From the IMG/VR virus record IMGVR_UViG_3300022602_002120, positions 96,001-160,000 of that record: 64,000 nt of DNA; one strand, 5' to 3'. The position numbers and the translations under genes are program-made. Source of the stretch: a virus. Below, one piece after another: positions 29,887 to 39,685 of this stretch; position 1 is the first letter of the stretch, and each line of letters opens with the position of its first letter. The notes under the pieces were generated by a model. That model was not told where the DNA came from, did not search any database, and saw nothing but the letters and a program-made list of their open reading frames with translations.

Positions 29887-30126
29887 TTAGTGCCTCGTAT
29901 TGCCTGCTGTTAAAATTGGTAGTAGTTCTAGTACTTCTTCGTCGATGTCTTCGAATTCATCAACTGGTATAGCACGTTCTGCCAATTCACCACTGGCAGC
30001 CATCTCTTGAATTGTAGCCACAAGCTCATCTAACTCTTCTTGTGTGCCTTCAAAATCATCAAAGCAACCTTCAGCAAAGGTAACTTTCATTGGTTTGTTT
30101 TCATCATTGTTATCTTGTTCGCTCAT
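29887..30126 (-). CDS. Acidic hypothetical protein
   Basis: FAEGCFDDFEGTQEELDEL. Confidence 0.75.
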   Translation of the reverse strand: MSEQDNNDENKPMKVTFAEGCFDDFEGTQEELDELVATIQEMAASGELAERAIPVDEFEDIDEEVLELLPILTAGNTRH

Positions 30127-30305
30127 TTTGCCTCCATGTCGTTAAGTACACCTTGTAAAAACTGCTCAATCTCTTTAGCTAACGGGTTATTAGCTTTACG
30201 TAGCTCTTGTTCTGCTTGCGCTAGGAACATACAAGCTACTCTAAATTGTAAACTACTACTCCTCGGATCCATCGCTGGCATAATTGTCCTCTTGTAAAAA
30301 TTCAC
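30123..30305 (-). CDS. Hypothetical protein
   Basis: ATGA-coupled ORF. Confidence 0.6.
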   Translation of the reverse strand: MNFYKRTIMPAMDPRSSSLQFRVACMFLAQAEQELRKANNPLAKEIEQFLQGVLNDMEAK

Positions 30306-30474
30306 GTAATGGTGTTACCAGTAACGGCAAACACAACAAACCAATCCAGGCAAACTGCGCTACTGTAAACCATATAGACTTATAATTAACAGTAGCTAAT
30401 AAAACCACAGCTACTTCGAAATAGAATAAAGTAGACCAAAATAACCAAAGTTCAAATGGTTTAAACTTTATCAT
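30256..30474 (-). CDS. Two-TM membrane protein
   Basis: Two hydrophobic stretches. Confidence 0.6.
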   Translation of the reverse strand: MIKFKPFELWLFWSTLFYFEVAVVLLATVNYKSIWFTVAQFAWIGLLCLPLLVTPLREFLQEDNYASDGSEE

Positions 30475-30769
30475 ATTGATCCTCTGCTAGCTTATTAAAA
30501 AGGTTAAGGGCAACGGCTGTTTCTTTAACCTTCTCGACACCTGCCAATACTTCTTGTAATTGTTTGATGGTTTGGTTCAAATGTTTCCCATCTAAATTAC
30601 GCACCCAGAGTGAGGCTTTGATAATACGAGCAAGGTCGATTTCTTCCCCAACTTTAATATCGTCGGAGTCGATATCGTACGCATGTTCTAAACCAACCAT
30701 TAGAGCAAGTTCATCGCGACTTAATTCGCAGAAGAACTTGTTCTCGTCTACCTTAGCAATAATTTTCAT
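30461..30769 (-). CDS. Hypothetical protein
   Basis: Coupled to the VWA gene stop. Confidence 0.7.
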   Translation of the reverse strand: MKIIAKVDENKFFCELSRDELALMVGLEHAYDIDSDDIKVGEEIDLARIIKASLWVRNLDGKHLNQTIKQLQEVLAGVEKVKETAVALNLFNKLAEDQYDKV

Positions 30770-32058
30770 TATGCGTATGCTTTCTTTTTCTCAAATTCAT
30801 AGTAAGCAGTAATACCAAATGTTGCTTCTTCTTTGTTACCACCGTGTACTACAAACAGTGTGTCGCAGTAGTCTGGATCACCCCAACTGTCGCCGTAGTA
30901 ACCATCTGTAAACATCACAAACTTTTTAGGAACAATGTCGTTATCACGCATGTATTCCCAGTTACACATAAACATAGTACCGCCACCGCCACCTGGTTCC
31001 CATTCCATGATGTCATCTAAGTTTTCAGGAGTGAACACTTGTGCGTTATACACACTAGTATCAAATGACCAAAGGTGTAAACGGAAACTTGTGTAAATTT
31101 CCATAATACCTTTAATTTCACTTAGAATATCACGCAACATTTCATCTGTCATAGAACCTGATGCGTCAATTGACACACAGATATCAATTTCTTTGTCAAA
31201 GTCGCTACCTGGCATAACAGCATCCATGTCCCAACCTTTACGTGACGCACGTTGCCATGTGTAGTCTGTACGCATTGTGCTTTGGATTTGTTGCTGTAAC
31301 AAACTACGCCAATCTAGTTGAGGCGCTGTAAGATCTTTAATTAATCTACGTACACCTGCTGGCAATTGACCTGCTTGGCAAGTCTGAGCCGCAGCCATCA
31401 TAGCTTCTTTGATCTCGTCACGGATCTGTTTCTTTTCTTCTTCAGAAAGTTTAGGACGACCTTTGCCATCTTTGTCGCTAGGTGTGCTACCACCATCTTC
31501 ATCACCATCGCCGTCGCTGTCACCTTCACCGTCTAAGTGTTCGTCGATTAGCATTTTTTCTAAGTCATCAATGCTGATTTTCTTAGCATTTTTCATTAGG
31601 TCATCATATACTTCTTCAGCTGACCAACCTTTATATTTGCTATCAAACAATCCAACAGGAATCTTTTCACCAATGCGTTGATCCAACAAGTCTTGATTTA
31701 CACAGTAATCGTCGGCAATATTCCAAATACGTGGGTCACGTTCACCTCTACGTCCCATGTGGTCGTATACACAGTGTAGTACCTCATGCCCCATTAAAAA
31801 TTCTACTTGTTTACTAGGCATTTTGTTAATAAATTCACTGTTATAGTAAAACATACGCCCGTCAGTAGCCGCAGTAGGACACCATTCATCTGCGTTTACT
31901 AATTTTAAACGTGTTGCTAGGTTACCAAAAAATGGCGCCTTAAGTAATAGCGCAATTCTAGCAGTAATAAGTTTTTCACGTACTTTAGCATCAGTTTGTG
32001 CGTTAGTAACCGTACCCTTAAAACCTTTATCTTTTTGTGCTGTAGTGTTAGTTGCCAT
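30769..32058 (-). CDS. DUF2201-type metallopeptidase-like plus VWA domain protein
   Basis: TAATDG, HEVLH (HExxH), IDASGS MIDAS, GGGGT and FTDG; start moved to MATNT after the ribosome-binding site. Confidence 0.85.
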   Translation of the reverse strand: MATNTTAQKDKGFKGTVTNAQTDAKVREKLITARIALLLKAPFFGNLATRLKLVNADEWCPTAATDGRMFYYNSEFINKMPSKQVEFLMGHEVLHCVYDHMGRRGERDPRIWNIADDYCVNQDLLDQRIGEKIPVGLFDSKYKGWSAEEVYDDLMKNAKKISIDDLEKMLIDEHLDGEGDSDGDGDEDGGSTPSDKDGKGRPKLSEEEKKQIRDEIKEAMMAAAQTCQAGQLPAGVRRLIKDLTAPQLDWRSLLQQQIQSTMRTDYTWQRASRKGWDMDAVMPGSDFDKEIDICVSIDASGSMTDEMLRDILSEIKGIMEIYTSFRLHLWSFDTSVYNAQVFTPENLDDIMEWEPGGGGGTMFMCNWEYMRDNDIVPKKFVMFTDGYYGDSWGDPDYCDTLFVVHGGNKEEATFGITAYYEFEKKKAYA

Positions 32059-32086
32059 TTGTTTACCTTTCTCATTTAATGTCTCT

Positions 32087-32115
32087 ATTATACTATCAAT
32101 TCTGCTAGTTGTCAA
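32087..32115 (-). promoter_or_regulatory. Sigma70-type promoter
   Basis: TTGACA-17-TATAAT. Confidence 0.85.
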
Positions 32116-32426
32116 GCTGAATTTACTAGTAAAAAGAAGTCTAAGGCCTTTTCTGTTACGTAGATTCTTAAATTATTGTGTTCAGTTTGCCAAGCCCACA
32201 ACGGAGTTTCCTCAACAACCTCTGGCATCTTACCAACCTTACCAAGTTCACAACTTGGACCAAACTTTTCCCAGAACCAAACACGTGCTCGGAGAAAGTT
32301 TACTTCATTGTTTTGAATACCGCCACCAAAGACACCGCGAGTATAGACAAAAAAGTTTATATAATGCGTGAAAAATTCACGTCCGGTATGTCTACCATCC
32401 ATCTTAGTTACTTTAAAATTACTCAT
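32112..32426 (-). CDS. Small hypothetical protein (dispersed paralog family)
   Basis: WFWEKFGP...IYVTEKALDFFLL. Confidence 0.7.
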   Translation of the reverse strand: MSNFKVTKMDGRHTGREFFTHYINFFVYTRGVFGGGIQNNEVNFLRARVWFWEKFGPSCELGKVGKMPEVVEETPLWAWQTEHNNLRIYVTEKALDFFLLVNSA

Positions 32427-32432
32427 AATGTA

Positions 32433-32454
32433 AAAAGCCCCTTGCGGGGCTTTT
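32433..32454. terminator. Rho-independent terminator, symmetric
   Basis: AAAAGCCCC-TTGC-GGGGCTTTT just after the AAA ATPase stop. Confidence 0.8.
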
Positions 32455-32460
32455 CCTCTA

Positions 32461-33546
32461 CTATGCTACAGCCTGTACAATGTACTTGCCAAAGCGTTTG
32501 TGGAACTCATCAAACGTTTTAAGTTTGTTAGGAACAAACGGCAAGTTGTATACAGTAAGTGCTACACGTGCGCCCATAACTGTTAACTCTGTGGTAAAGT
32601 TCTCCATCATGAACTTGAAGAAGTTATCAGCATAATCATGCCATTTATCTTTGTCTGCTTCTTTGTCTTTTAAGTCTTTCAACTCATAACACATAGAAAT
32701 TGTCAAAGAATACATAGCTGAGATTTCTTTAACTTTAAGTTCTTTAACCTTACCTTCAAGTACGTCACGTGGGTTAGGCATTTGTCCTGCTACCTTACGG
32801 TGCGCCATAAACTTAACTGCTGTACCTTCACCTACTGTACCTGCTACTAAGTCAGTTTCAATGTTAGTAGGCAAGTTACCTTCTAGCAATTCACTAACGA
32901 AAGTCCATGAACGAGGTGTAGCAAACGCACGACTTGAATCTTTTGGATCAAAGTTAAACAAGTCTTGTTTAGCAAATGACACATAACCTACAACGTCTTT
33001 GTGTACACCTGCTGTAACAGCCCATTTTTGCCACGCATCAAAGTCTGGACGCATTTCCAAGTGGATGAAACGGTTAGCTAGTGGACTAGGCATTTTAAAC
33101 GTAATACCCTTGTCACCTTCTCTGTTACCTGCCGCAATCATAACAACGTTCTTAGGCAATACATACTTACCTACACGACGGTTAAGGATCAATTGGTACG
33201 CTGCAGCCTGTACGCTAGGAGCCGCACTGTTCATTTCATCAAAGAACAATACTACTACAGGATGTTTAGCAGCCATTTCTTCACTTGGCAAGTCAATTGG
33301 AGGTGCCCAATCCATCAAGCCTAAATCTTTATTGTAAAACGGAATACCACGGATATCTGTTGGGTCCATTTGTCCTAGGCGCAAGTCAATCATAGTACCA
33401 CCCATCTCTTTAGTGATGCTTTCTACTAGTTCTGACTTACCAATACCTGGAGGACCCCATAGGAACACTGGGCGTTGTTTGTTAAAGCATTGTAGTAATG
33501 CTACACGTGCTTCTTCTGAGGTTACTGTACGATTTTCTGTTGCCAT
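32461..33546 (-). CDS. MoxR-like AAA+ ATPase
   Basis: GPPGIGKS, FFDEMN, AAGNR and PLANRF. Confidence 0.9.
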   Translation of the reverse strand: MATENRTVTSEEARVALLQCFNKQRPVFLWGPPGIGKSELVESITKEMGGTMIDLRLGQMDPTDIRGIPFYNKDLGLMDWAPPIDLPSEEMAAKHPVVVLFFDEMNSAAPSVQAAAYQLILNRRVGKYVLPKNVVMIAAGNREGDKGITFKMPSPLANRFIHLEMRPDFDAWQKWAVTAGVHKDVVGYVSFAKQDLFNFDPKDSSRAFATPRSWTFVSELLEGNLPTNIETDLVAGTVGEGTAVKFMAHRKVAGQMPNPRDVLEGKVKELKVKEISAMYSLTISMCYELKDLKDKEADKDKWHDYADNFFKFMMENFTTELTVMGARVALTVYNLPFVPNKLKTFDEFHKRFGKYIVQAVA

Positions 33547-33591
33547 TTTTGCCCCTATCTCTAATTAAATTAACTTACTAACAAAAAAACA

Positions 33592-33620
33592 ATTGTACTA
33601 TCAAATTTCACTTTTGTCAA
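33592..33620 (-). promoter_or_regulatory. Sigma70-type promoter
   Basis: TTGACA-17-TACAAT. Confidence 0.8.
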
Positions 33621-33625
33621 CTACT

Positions 33626-33796
33626 TTATGCAGGTGCAAACATTCTAGCACCTTCAGCCATAAACTTTCTATAATCTTCACGCATAGTTTGTGGAAACAA
33701 GCCTAATTCTGTGCCCATTTTATCTAAGCCAACTAACAAATCACCGTTACCTTCGAACCGTGCTTGTTCGATTAAATCAGGTAAATTATTAAACAT
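33626..33796 (-). CDS. 56-aa hypothetical protein (not in ORF track)
   Basis: MFNNLPDLIEQARFEG...RMFAPA; AGGAG site and its own promoter. Confidence 0.75.
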   Translation of the reverse strand: MFNNLPDLIEQARFEGNGDLLVGLDKMGTELGLFPQTMREDYRKFMAEGARMFAPA

Positions 33797-33829
33797 TTAT
33801 TGCTCCTGTGTTGTTAGTGTATGTGTAAC

Positions 33830-33858
33830 ATTATACACTCAAACTAACCAAAAGTCAA
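33830..33858 (-). promoter_or_regulatory. Sigma70-type promoter
   Basis: TTGACT-17-TATAAT. Confidence 0.8.
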
Positions 33859-33861
33859 GCA

Positions 33862-34209
33862 CTAAAGGCTCTGATTGTCTAGATATTGTTGTAGATTGTT
33901 TGCGTGTAGGGCTAACATCATAGCGTCACGCTCGCTGACGATGTGTATGGTCTTGCGGTTTTGTACGTAGTAAGGTTCTTTGAACCAACGTTCAAGTTGT
34001 AAAAAGGTCTTGGGTTTTATGTCGTGTATTAATTCAAACTTATGGAACTTAACATGTTTGCGTATGGTTAAGTATGCCTTTTGCGTTAGTCTAAGACTGT
34101 TATGATTGGTTGGATTATACCACCAACTACTAGGACTTACAGATAATGGCGCTAACTCGTAATACTTAGCATGCCATTCTCCTTGCGGGGTTCCGTCACG
34201 TTTGGACAT
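33862..34209 (-). CDS. Small hypothetical protein (dispersed paralog family)
   Basis: IHIVSERDAMMLALH. Confidence 0.75.
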   Translation of the reverse strand: MSKRDGTPQGEWHAKYYELAPLSVSPSSWWYNPTNHNSLRLTQKAYLTIRKHVKFHKFELIHDIKPKTFLQLERWFKEPYYVQNRKTIHIVSERDAMMLALHANNLQQYLDNQSL

Positions 34210-34212
34210 GAT

Positions 34213-34500
34213 TTAGGGATAAATCTGATCGCCAGCTTTGAGTAAAACTACTGTAAATTTGTCTGATTTAAATAAGGTATTAAGTTTCTTAGCTAGATTA
34301 ATAGCATGCCCTGGATTACTAAATGATACTTTTTTATATTTAGGTCCTGGATAGGCTACTAGCATGTTCTGTGTTTTAAGGTTAATAGGTTGGTTATCAT
34401 AAAACACCGCCCAGATGCCTTCAGAGTTAAGAATCTGATCACTCTTATAGTTTGATTTATTGACGTGCTCTAACAGCACTGTTGGTTTAGGTCTTGACAT
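34213..34500 (-). CDS. Conserved phage hypothetical protein
   Basis: MSRPKPTVLLE...; AGGAG site and late box upstream. Confidence 0.8.
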   Translation of the reverse strand: MSRPKPTVLLEHVNKSNYKSDQILNSEGIWAVFYDNQPINLKTQNMLVAYPGPKYKKVSFSNPGHAINLAKKLNTLFKSDKFTVVLLKAGDQIYP

Positions 34501-34521
34501 AATATATGTGTTCTCCTAATA

Positions 34522-34529
34522 TATTTATG
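34522..34529 (-). promoter_or_regulatory. T4-type late promoter box
   Basis: CATAAATA directly before TTAGGAGA. Confidence 0.6.
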
Positions 34530-34533
34530 CCAA

Positions 34534-35379
34534 TTAACTACGTAGATAATGTTTACTTTCAATCCATTTGGTTATTATTTCCAATGGGATGTTGTATTTT
34601 TGTAGTTGCATTGCTGTTATAGCTGTTTTATCCATACTAGTTATTCGTCGATGATGTTTCCAAACAGCTGATTTGTAACGGTCAAAATTCTCAACTACTT
34701 GCAATACATTTTGAATAGTATCAGTATCCCATATACCTCCGCTGGGCATGAACGCTTCTTCACTAAATTTTATAGTAGGAGTCGCATCTATTTTATACGT
34801 ATAATAATAGTAACTAGCAATTTCACTGGATGGATAAAATTCAGTCCAATCAGATAAATTATCAGTATATTTTTTGATAACATACGACCAATATCTACCC
34901 AATTGCTCTACATTCCAAATCCAAGGAGTTATATTTAAAATAGCATTAAATTTATAATCAGTTAGCCCCATTGCAAGATGAACGTTGGGATAAAATTCAT
35001 CGAAAAAGTTTGATATTTGTGTAATACAATAATTGTTAGCGTGTTTAAAATAACTTTCATCTATCGGTTTTAATAAAAAGTCTTTGCAGTCGAATACTAT
35101 GACATCTTGTACTGTATTATCTAAACTGTAAATAATTTTATTTAATTGTTGCAGATCAGAGCCGCCAAGATTAGGCATAATAAGACTGGGGATTAAGTTT
35201 ATGATCCAGTCATTGGAGAATGTTGATTCTATTAAATTTAACACACGATCTTTGATATTGCCCTGATAAATTATTGTAATATGTCTGCGCCCTTGCCAAT
35301 TTTTATTCAAACAATAAATCATTAATTCAAATTGGGGTAAATCTTGGTCGTAGACTACAACCAACAACTTACTAGTCAT
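34534..35379 (-). CDS. AT-rich DUF6492/GT-A-like protein
   Basis: QQLNKI...VIVFDCKDFLLKPI (DxD-like). Confidence 0.45.
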   Translation of the reverse strand: MTSKLLVVVYDQDLPQFELMIYCLNKNWQGRRHITIIYQGNIKDRVLNLIESTFSNDWIINLIPSLIMPNLGGSDLQQLNKIIYSLDNTVQDVIVFDCKDFLLKPIDESYFKHANNYCITQISNFFDEFYPNVHLAMGLTDYKFNAILNITPWIWNVEQLGRYWSYVIKKYTDNLSDWTEFYPSSEIASYYYYTYKIDATPTIKFSEEAFMPSGGIWDTDTIQNVLQVVENFDRYKSAVWKHHRRITSMDKTAITAMQLQKYNIPLEIITKWIESKHYLRS

Positions 35380-35639
35380 TAAAATCCGCCACCTTTTACT
35401 TGAACACTAATAATCTCAGGTTCAGTTGAGTTAACTTCAGTAAGTGCTTGAATTTGTGTTAACAAGTCAAATATATCCGCTTGTAGTTGACGTGCTTCTG
35501 CGGCACTTAGTACTAGATCACGAGCATTAGTTTGATTTAAAACCTTAACGCGATCGTTAAATTTCCTCAGATGCAGGCTTAATAGTTGTTCCATGTAAGG
35601 CTCCGTTGGCAATGCGTAAACGCTCTTGCATTTCTTCAA
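35379..35639 (-). CDS. Hypothetical protein
   Basis: Coupled ORF; start uncertain. Confidence 0.7.
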   Translation of the reverse strand: MKKCKSVYALPTEPYMEQLLSLHLRKFNDRVKVLNQTNARDLVLSAAEARQLQADIFDLLTQIQALTEVNSTEPEIISVQVKGGGF

Positions 35640-36063
35640 ATGTATCGTAAGGACCCGCGTAAGGATAACGATTTAATGTAATTAGTTTTGGGCAATATGA
35701 TTTGACCCACCCATTGTTAAATTTAACAATATAGTAACCTGCACTAAAGAAACTTTTACTTTTAGCACTTTTGGTAAAGATGGGCAACTTATGACGAACA
35801 TCCCAAAGAACATTGTGTGGCTTATGTTCACACGGATAATCATAGACTGTATATGGTTGTGTAAACGCACGCTTAGGTGGTGCCTTTTCTACTATGATAT
35901 TATAGCGATCACTTAGAAGTTTAAGGCTTTTAAACTGTTCACGCTGTTGATCATGCTGATATACTACCCCCGCTGGGTTAGCCATGATGGTACCAATTTT
36001 GATACCACCATCCTCTACAATCCAACACTTGTTTTTTACAATTGATTTAGCAAGTAGCGACAT
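35557..36063 (-). CDS. Hypothetical protein
   Basis: AGYYIVKF..GWVKSYCPKLITLNRYPY.GP. Confidence 0.75.
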   Translation of the reverse strand: MSLLAKSIVKNKCWIVEDGGIKIGTIMANPAGVVYQHDQQREQFKSLKLLSDRYNIIVEKAPPKRAFTQPYTVYDYPCEHKPHNVLWDVRHKLPIFTKSAKSKSFFSAGYYIVKFNNGWVKSYCPKLITLNRYPYAGPYDTFEEMQERLRIANGALHGTTIKPASEEI

Positions 36064-36412
36064 AGATAATTCCAATATAAGTTAGATAATGTAGAGCTTG
36101 GTCCAGACCAAGTAATATCCAAAATCTTCGATCAGCAGTGGTTAGATGTTTATTTAGCTGTTGTTTGTAGAAGTCTACATGATAGTGTATAAAGAAGTCC
36201 ACAGCCGCTAGCGCAATAATCTCATTGCCGTTATGGCAGAAGAACACTAGGATTAGGAATGTAAAGCTGGCATGTAGTAAGGCATGATGGATACCACCTG
36301 TAGCACCGTAGATACCTTTTTCTTTCAGCATGTACTCGAACTGCATTAAGAAGTCTGCTAGGAAATGCTTAATGCCAAATAGTGCTAATAGAATAAAAAC
36401 AGTTGATGTCAT
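36047..36412 (-). CDS. DUF3307-like membrane protein
   Basis: KHFLADF, HALLH, HYHVD and DQALH. Confidence 0.7.
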   Translation of the reverse strand: MTSTVFILLALFGIKHFLADFLMQFEYMLKEKGIYGATGGIHHALLHASFTFLILVFFCHNGNEIIALAAVDFFIHYHVDFYKQQLNKHLTTADRRFWILLGLDQALHYLTYIGIIYVATC

Positions 36413-36591
36413 AGTGTTTCCTTTTTGTTATAACAATCTATACACAATGAGTTAAGACCAGGACCGCCTACATGGGATATAGCCTTGCCACATTCGCAAC
36501 AATGTATAAATGCCTGTGTATAGATGTATCCACGAATGGGTGGATATATGGCAGTTCCATCGGCATGGTAACCTAATATTTCATCACTCAT
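36409..36591 (-). CDS. Small zinc-finger protein
   Basis: CCECGK...CIDC. Confidence 0.6.
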   Translation of the reverse strand: MSDEILGYHADGTAIYPPIRGYIYTQAFIHCCECGKAISHVGGPGLNSLCIDCYNKKETL

Positions 36592-36829
36592 TAATTTCTA
36601 ATTCCTTATAAGTTACTTCCTGTGTTTCTGTACGCTTTACAATAACACACGCACCTTCTGCCCAAATAAGTTCTGCTTCAATTTCTTTCTCTAGAACCTT
36701 TTGAAACTCTGGACTAGCACGTCTACATGAGTGTGCGGCATCGAGTAAGCCTAGGACCAGCTCGCCCCAACTGTCGTTGCTTAATTCAGCACACTCATTT
36801 AAGAACTCTAAACGCTTAGGATCAATCAT
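36584..36829 (-). CDS. Hypothetical protein
   Basis: Start moved to MIDPKR, just after the queD stop. Confidence 0.65.
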   Translation of the reverse strand: MIDPKRLEFLNECAELSNDSWGELVLGLLDAAHSCRRASPEFQKVLEKEIEAELIWAEGACVIVKRTETQEVTYKELEINE

Positions 36830-36830
36830 A

Positions 36831-37379
36831 TTATCTAATGAAAGTGCTACGTGACTTAGGAGTTTCCCACCAATCAATTTGTTTAACAGTAACATCTAAT
36901 TTAGACATTTTTGCTTCAACTAAGTTTGCCATCCAAGCACTTAAATTTTCACTTGTAGGAACAAAGTCAACTACTAGGAATCCTTCAAAATATTCGTATT
37001 CGGGTGTGTTTGGTTCTAATCCATCTAGGTTCAAATGCCAACCTGCTACCACATCTGTGTTAGGAACCATCACAGGTACTAGTTCACGATTGTCCACAAT
37101 GCTGTCATACAAAGGATCACTCTTATCAATTACAAACTGATGATCAATATATTCATTAATCCATTTCTTTAACCATTCCAAATGACGGAAGTCAGTTACC
37201 ATGCCAGTACTATCTAAGTTACCTGTATTGCTTTGTAAGAATACCTGCATCTTACCTTCATGTCCATGTAAATGACGGCAAGCACACTTTAAATCTGCCG
37301 CATATTCGCCATTTAGTTGTTGTGTCCACACACGATGCCCGTAGCAAAACTCGAAGGTCTTATCAATTATCCATGCCAT
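36831..37379 (-). CDS. queD: 6-carboxy-5,6,7,8-tetrahydropterin synthase (QueD)
   Basis: FEFCYGHR, CRHLHGH (CxxxHGH), DHQF, PTSENL and WWETPKS. Confidence 0.9.
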   Translation of the reverse strand: MAWIIDKTFEFCYGHRVWTQQLNGEYAADLKCACRHLHGHEGKMQVFLQSNTGNLDSTGMVTDFRHLEWLKKWINEYIDHQFVIDKSDPLYDSIVDNRELVPVMVPNTDVVAGWHLNLDGLEPNTPEYEYFEGFLVVDFVPTSENLSAWMANLVEAKMSKLDVTVKQIDWWETPKSRSTFIR

Positions 37380-37405
37380 ATTTCTTTTCCTTTATCTATA
37401 TTACT

Positions 37406-37434
37406 ATTATATTTAGGTTTTTGTTTAAAGTCAA
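37406..37434 (-). promoter_or_regulatory. Hybrid sigma70 / late promoter for queD
   Basis: TTGACT-17-TATAAT with CTAAATA overlapping the -10 box. Confidence 0.8.
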
Positions 37435-37688
37435 GCATATTTTAGCACAAACGCTAAGTAGTCATTTTCGCTAGGAAAAACAATATCTACATCTCCGCCA
37501 TTGTATAAACTTTCACCATCAATGTGTGGAACAAACCGAACATTACATAGCTCTTCCCACATTTTTATTCTGTATTCATGAGGACAGTTTGGGTACTGTT
37601 CGAGCAGTTTATTATTAGCGTTTTGGATCACAGTACGTATTTTTTCAGCATCAATCCGATACTCTGTCCCCGTCTCAATGTTAAACAT
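37431..37688 (-). CDS. Small hypothetical protein (dispersed paralog family)
   Basis: IVFPSENDYLAFVLKY. Confidence 0.7.
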   Translation of the reverse strand: MFNIETGTEYRIDAEKIRTVIQNANNKLLEQYPNCPHEYRIKMWEELCNVRFVPHIDGESLYNGGDVDIVFPSENDYLAFVLKYA

Positions 37689-38265
37689 TCTTAGCATCCT
37701 CAACTAAGTATTCCATCTTGCGTTGACGATCAATTAACTTAAAGAAAAGTGCTAGAGTATTGGCCGCATCAACGTCTGCTCTGTGTGCTGTGCCCTTAAA
37801 GTGTAGTTTGAACGCACCCATAGCACTTGCTAATCCTCCACTGGGTTTTTTGTTCTTAGCAAACATTAGTAGAGTATAGAAGGTTTTAGTATCAATCCAA
37901 CGACGCCCAAAGTGAGGAAAGTCTACACACTTGTTACTGAACTCACTGAGTAGTTCGACACTATCCCCGCCACCCCAAGTAACGGGATTAACAAAACAAT
38001 TATGTTCTTTAATTAGAGCACCTAGCTCACGGGCCACAGTTTCGTGACTAACACTGTTAGCACGTATGTCACTGTCTGTAATACCAGTTAGACCAATGAT
38101 AAAGTCGCTGATTGGTTCGTTTGGATCAATATACCATTTCTTAGTCAAATAGTTTTCAAAACGATCATCTGCCTTGCCGATGGCAATACCAACCTGAATG
38201 ATCTTACCACTCGGTTGGTTTAGTTCTAGATCTAATGCTAGGTACTTCTGATTTTTATCTATCAA
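37681..38265 (-). CDS. DEDDh 3'-5' exonuclease
   Basis: ALDLELN, WGGGD, IDTK and HRADVDA. Confidence 0.85.
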   Translation of the reverse strand: MIDKNQKYLALDLELNQPSGKIIQVGIAIGKADDRFENYLTKKWYIDPNEPISDFIIGLTGITDSDIRANSVSHETVARELGALIKEHNCFVNPVTWGGGDSVELLSEFSNKCVDFPHFGRRWIDTKTFYTLLMFAKNKKPSGGLASAMGAFKLHFKGTAHRADVDAANTLALFFKLIDRQRKMEYLVEDAKNV

Positions 38266-38568
38266 TTATATTCCAAAACTGGCAGGATCTGCCCAAAAGA
38301 ATCCCAAACACATTGCATACACACTAACTTTAAGTATTAACCAAATAAATTTTAAAATAGCAAAATGGTGGTAAGCATCAAACATTAAGAATGTTGTGAC
38401 TATAAACCAACCAAGAGTATTACCTTCAAGACTATCTCCGCCACTATTTGAGCGACTGGATCTGGAACCATTGAGTCTATCAATTGCTTCGATTTGACGA
38501 CATGTAGGACAAATCATCGGAGCACCGGGAGGTAAATCACAACGACAATTAATACATCTGTAAACCAT
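38266..38568 (-). CDS. Zinc-ribbon membrane protein
   Basis: CINC...CPTC followed by two hydrophobic helices. Confidence 0.6.
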   Translation of the reverse strand: MVYRCINCRCDLPPGAPMICPTCRQIEAIDRLNGSRSSRSNSGGDSLEGNTLGWFIVTTFLMFDAYHHFAILKFIWLILKVSVYAMCLGFFWADPASFGI

Positions 38569-38602
38569 AATTAACTATCTTTCTTAATTTTGTATAACTT
38601 GC

Positions 38603-38631
38603 ATTATACACGAAGTTAACCAAAATGTCAA
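38603..38631 (-). promoter_or_regulatory. Sigma70-type promoter
   Basis: TTGACA-17-TATAAT. Confidence 0.85.
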
Positions 38632-39650
38632 CTATTTCGTAGATGAAACATAGTAGATTCTTGGGCTGGATATTGTGCCTTTAACCATTCGCTGATACTA
38701 GCAGCATTGTCGCTTAGTTTAACTAAGTCGTATTTGCCACAGAATTTAAGGAAATATGCACCAACATTTGGGTTATTTTTAGCCTGAGCATTAGTTTTAA
38801 TTGTTTCAAAGATTTGATCTTTAATATCTTCTGGCTGCGCACTTAAATCTACTAGTGTGCGGTTACGTTCATAATCATCTAATACACGATGTTCTAGACC
38901 ATTATGGTCAGTCCATCTTTGCAGCATTAAGTTATTCCAGTTATAACCCTTTTTATCTTTGTCACTAAATGCTTCTTCAAGTCCGACCTTATTCTTGGTG
39001 CCCTTAGTGCGAACACCTGGATAAGCACTAAAAATATTATCAGTAGGGTCACCACGCATACACTTTTCAAAAAGGATAAACTTTGGGTCGGGTATTTTCT
39101 TAGGTTCTTTAGTTTTTTTATCGACGACTGCATTACCTTTCTTGTCAAATATGCCTTTAATAGTGTGTAGTTCATCTGCTACACCATTGTATTGTACTAC
39201 ATTTTCTGCCAACAATTGGTGGAAGTCTGTATCACTACTGATAATAGTGTGATGATCATTTGGATGTGTTTGAATAAATCCAGCAATTAAATCGTCGGCT
39301 TCTAGATTGGGATGTTGTAGTACAGTACAGTTAGTCTTTTCAGCAATAAAGACTTTAAGGGCATCAAATGCTTCCCAGAATAATTGATCTTCTTCAGCTT
39401 CTTTTTCTGTAAGAGCTGCACGTGCTACGGCACGATTAGCTTTATATGGTGTGTAGTAATCTTTGCGCCAGCTACGACCTTCTAAACAGAATACCACATG
39501 ATCGGCCTTTTGATCACGCCATGATTTATTAATGCTGGCTAAGGTAACATGAATAGCGAAACCTAGTTTATCCCAAGTGTCGCTTTGTCTATGTGCGCTG
39601 TGTCTAGCACGGAAAAATGTGTTTGCTGTATCTACAAGTAAGTATCTCAT
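38628..39650 (-). CDS. rnh: T4 RNase H-like 5'-3' exonuclease (FEN family)
   Basis: LVDTANTFFR, LEADDLIA, SSDTDF and GDPTDNI. Confidence 0.9.
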   Translation of the reverse strand: MRYLLVDTANTFFRARHSAHRQSDTWDKLGFAIHVTLASINKSWRDQKADHVVFCLEGRSWRKDYYTPYKANRAVARAALTEKEAEEDQLFWEAFDALKVFIAEKTNCTVLQHPNLEADDLIAGFIQTHPNDHHTIISSDTDFHQLLAENVVQYNGVADELHTIKGIFDKKGNAVVDKKTKEPKKIPDPKFILFEKCMRGDPTDNIFSAYPGVRTKGTKNKVGLEEAFSDKDKKGYNWNNLMLQRWTDHNGLEHRVLDDYERNRTLVDLSAQPEDIKDQIFETIKTNAQAKNNPNVGAYFLKFCGKYDLVKLSDNAASISEWLKAQYPAQESTMFHLRNS

Positions 39651-39656
39651 GTAAAC

Positions 39657-39685
39657 ATTATACTTTCAAATTGATTAAATGTCAA
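39657..39685 (-). promoter_or_regulatory. Sigma70-type promoter for rnh
   Basis: TTGACA-17-TATAAT; 6 nt to the ATG. Confidence 0.85.
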
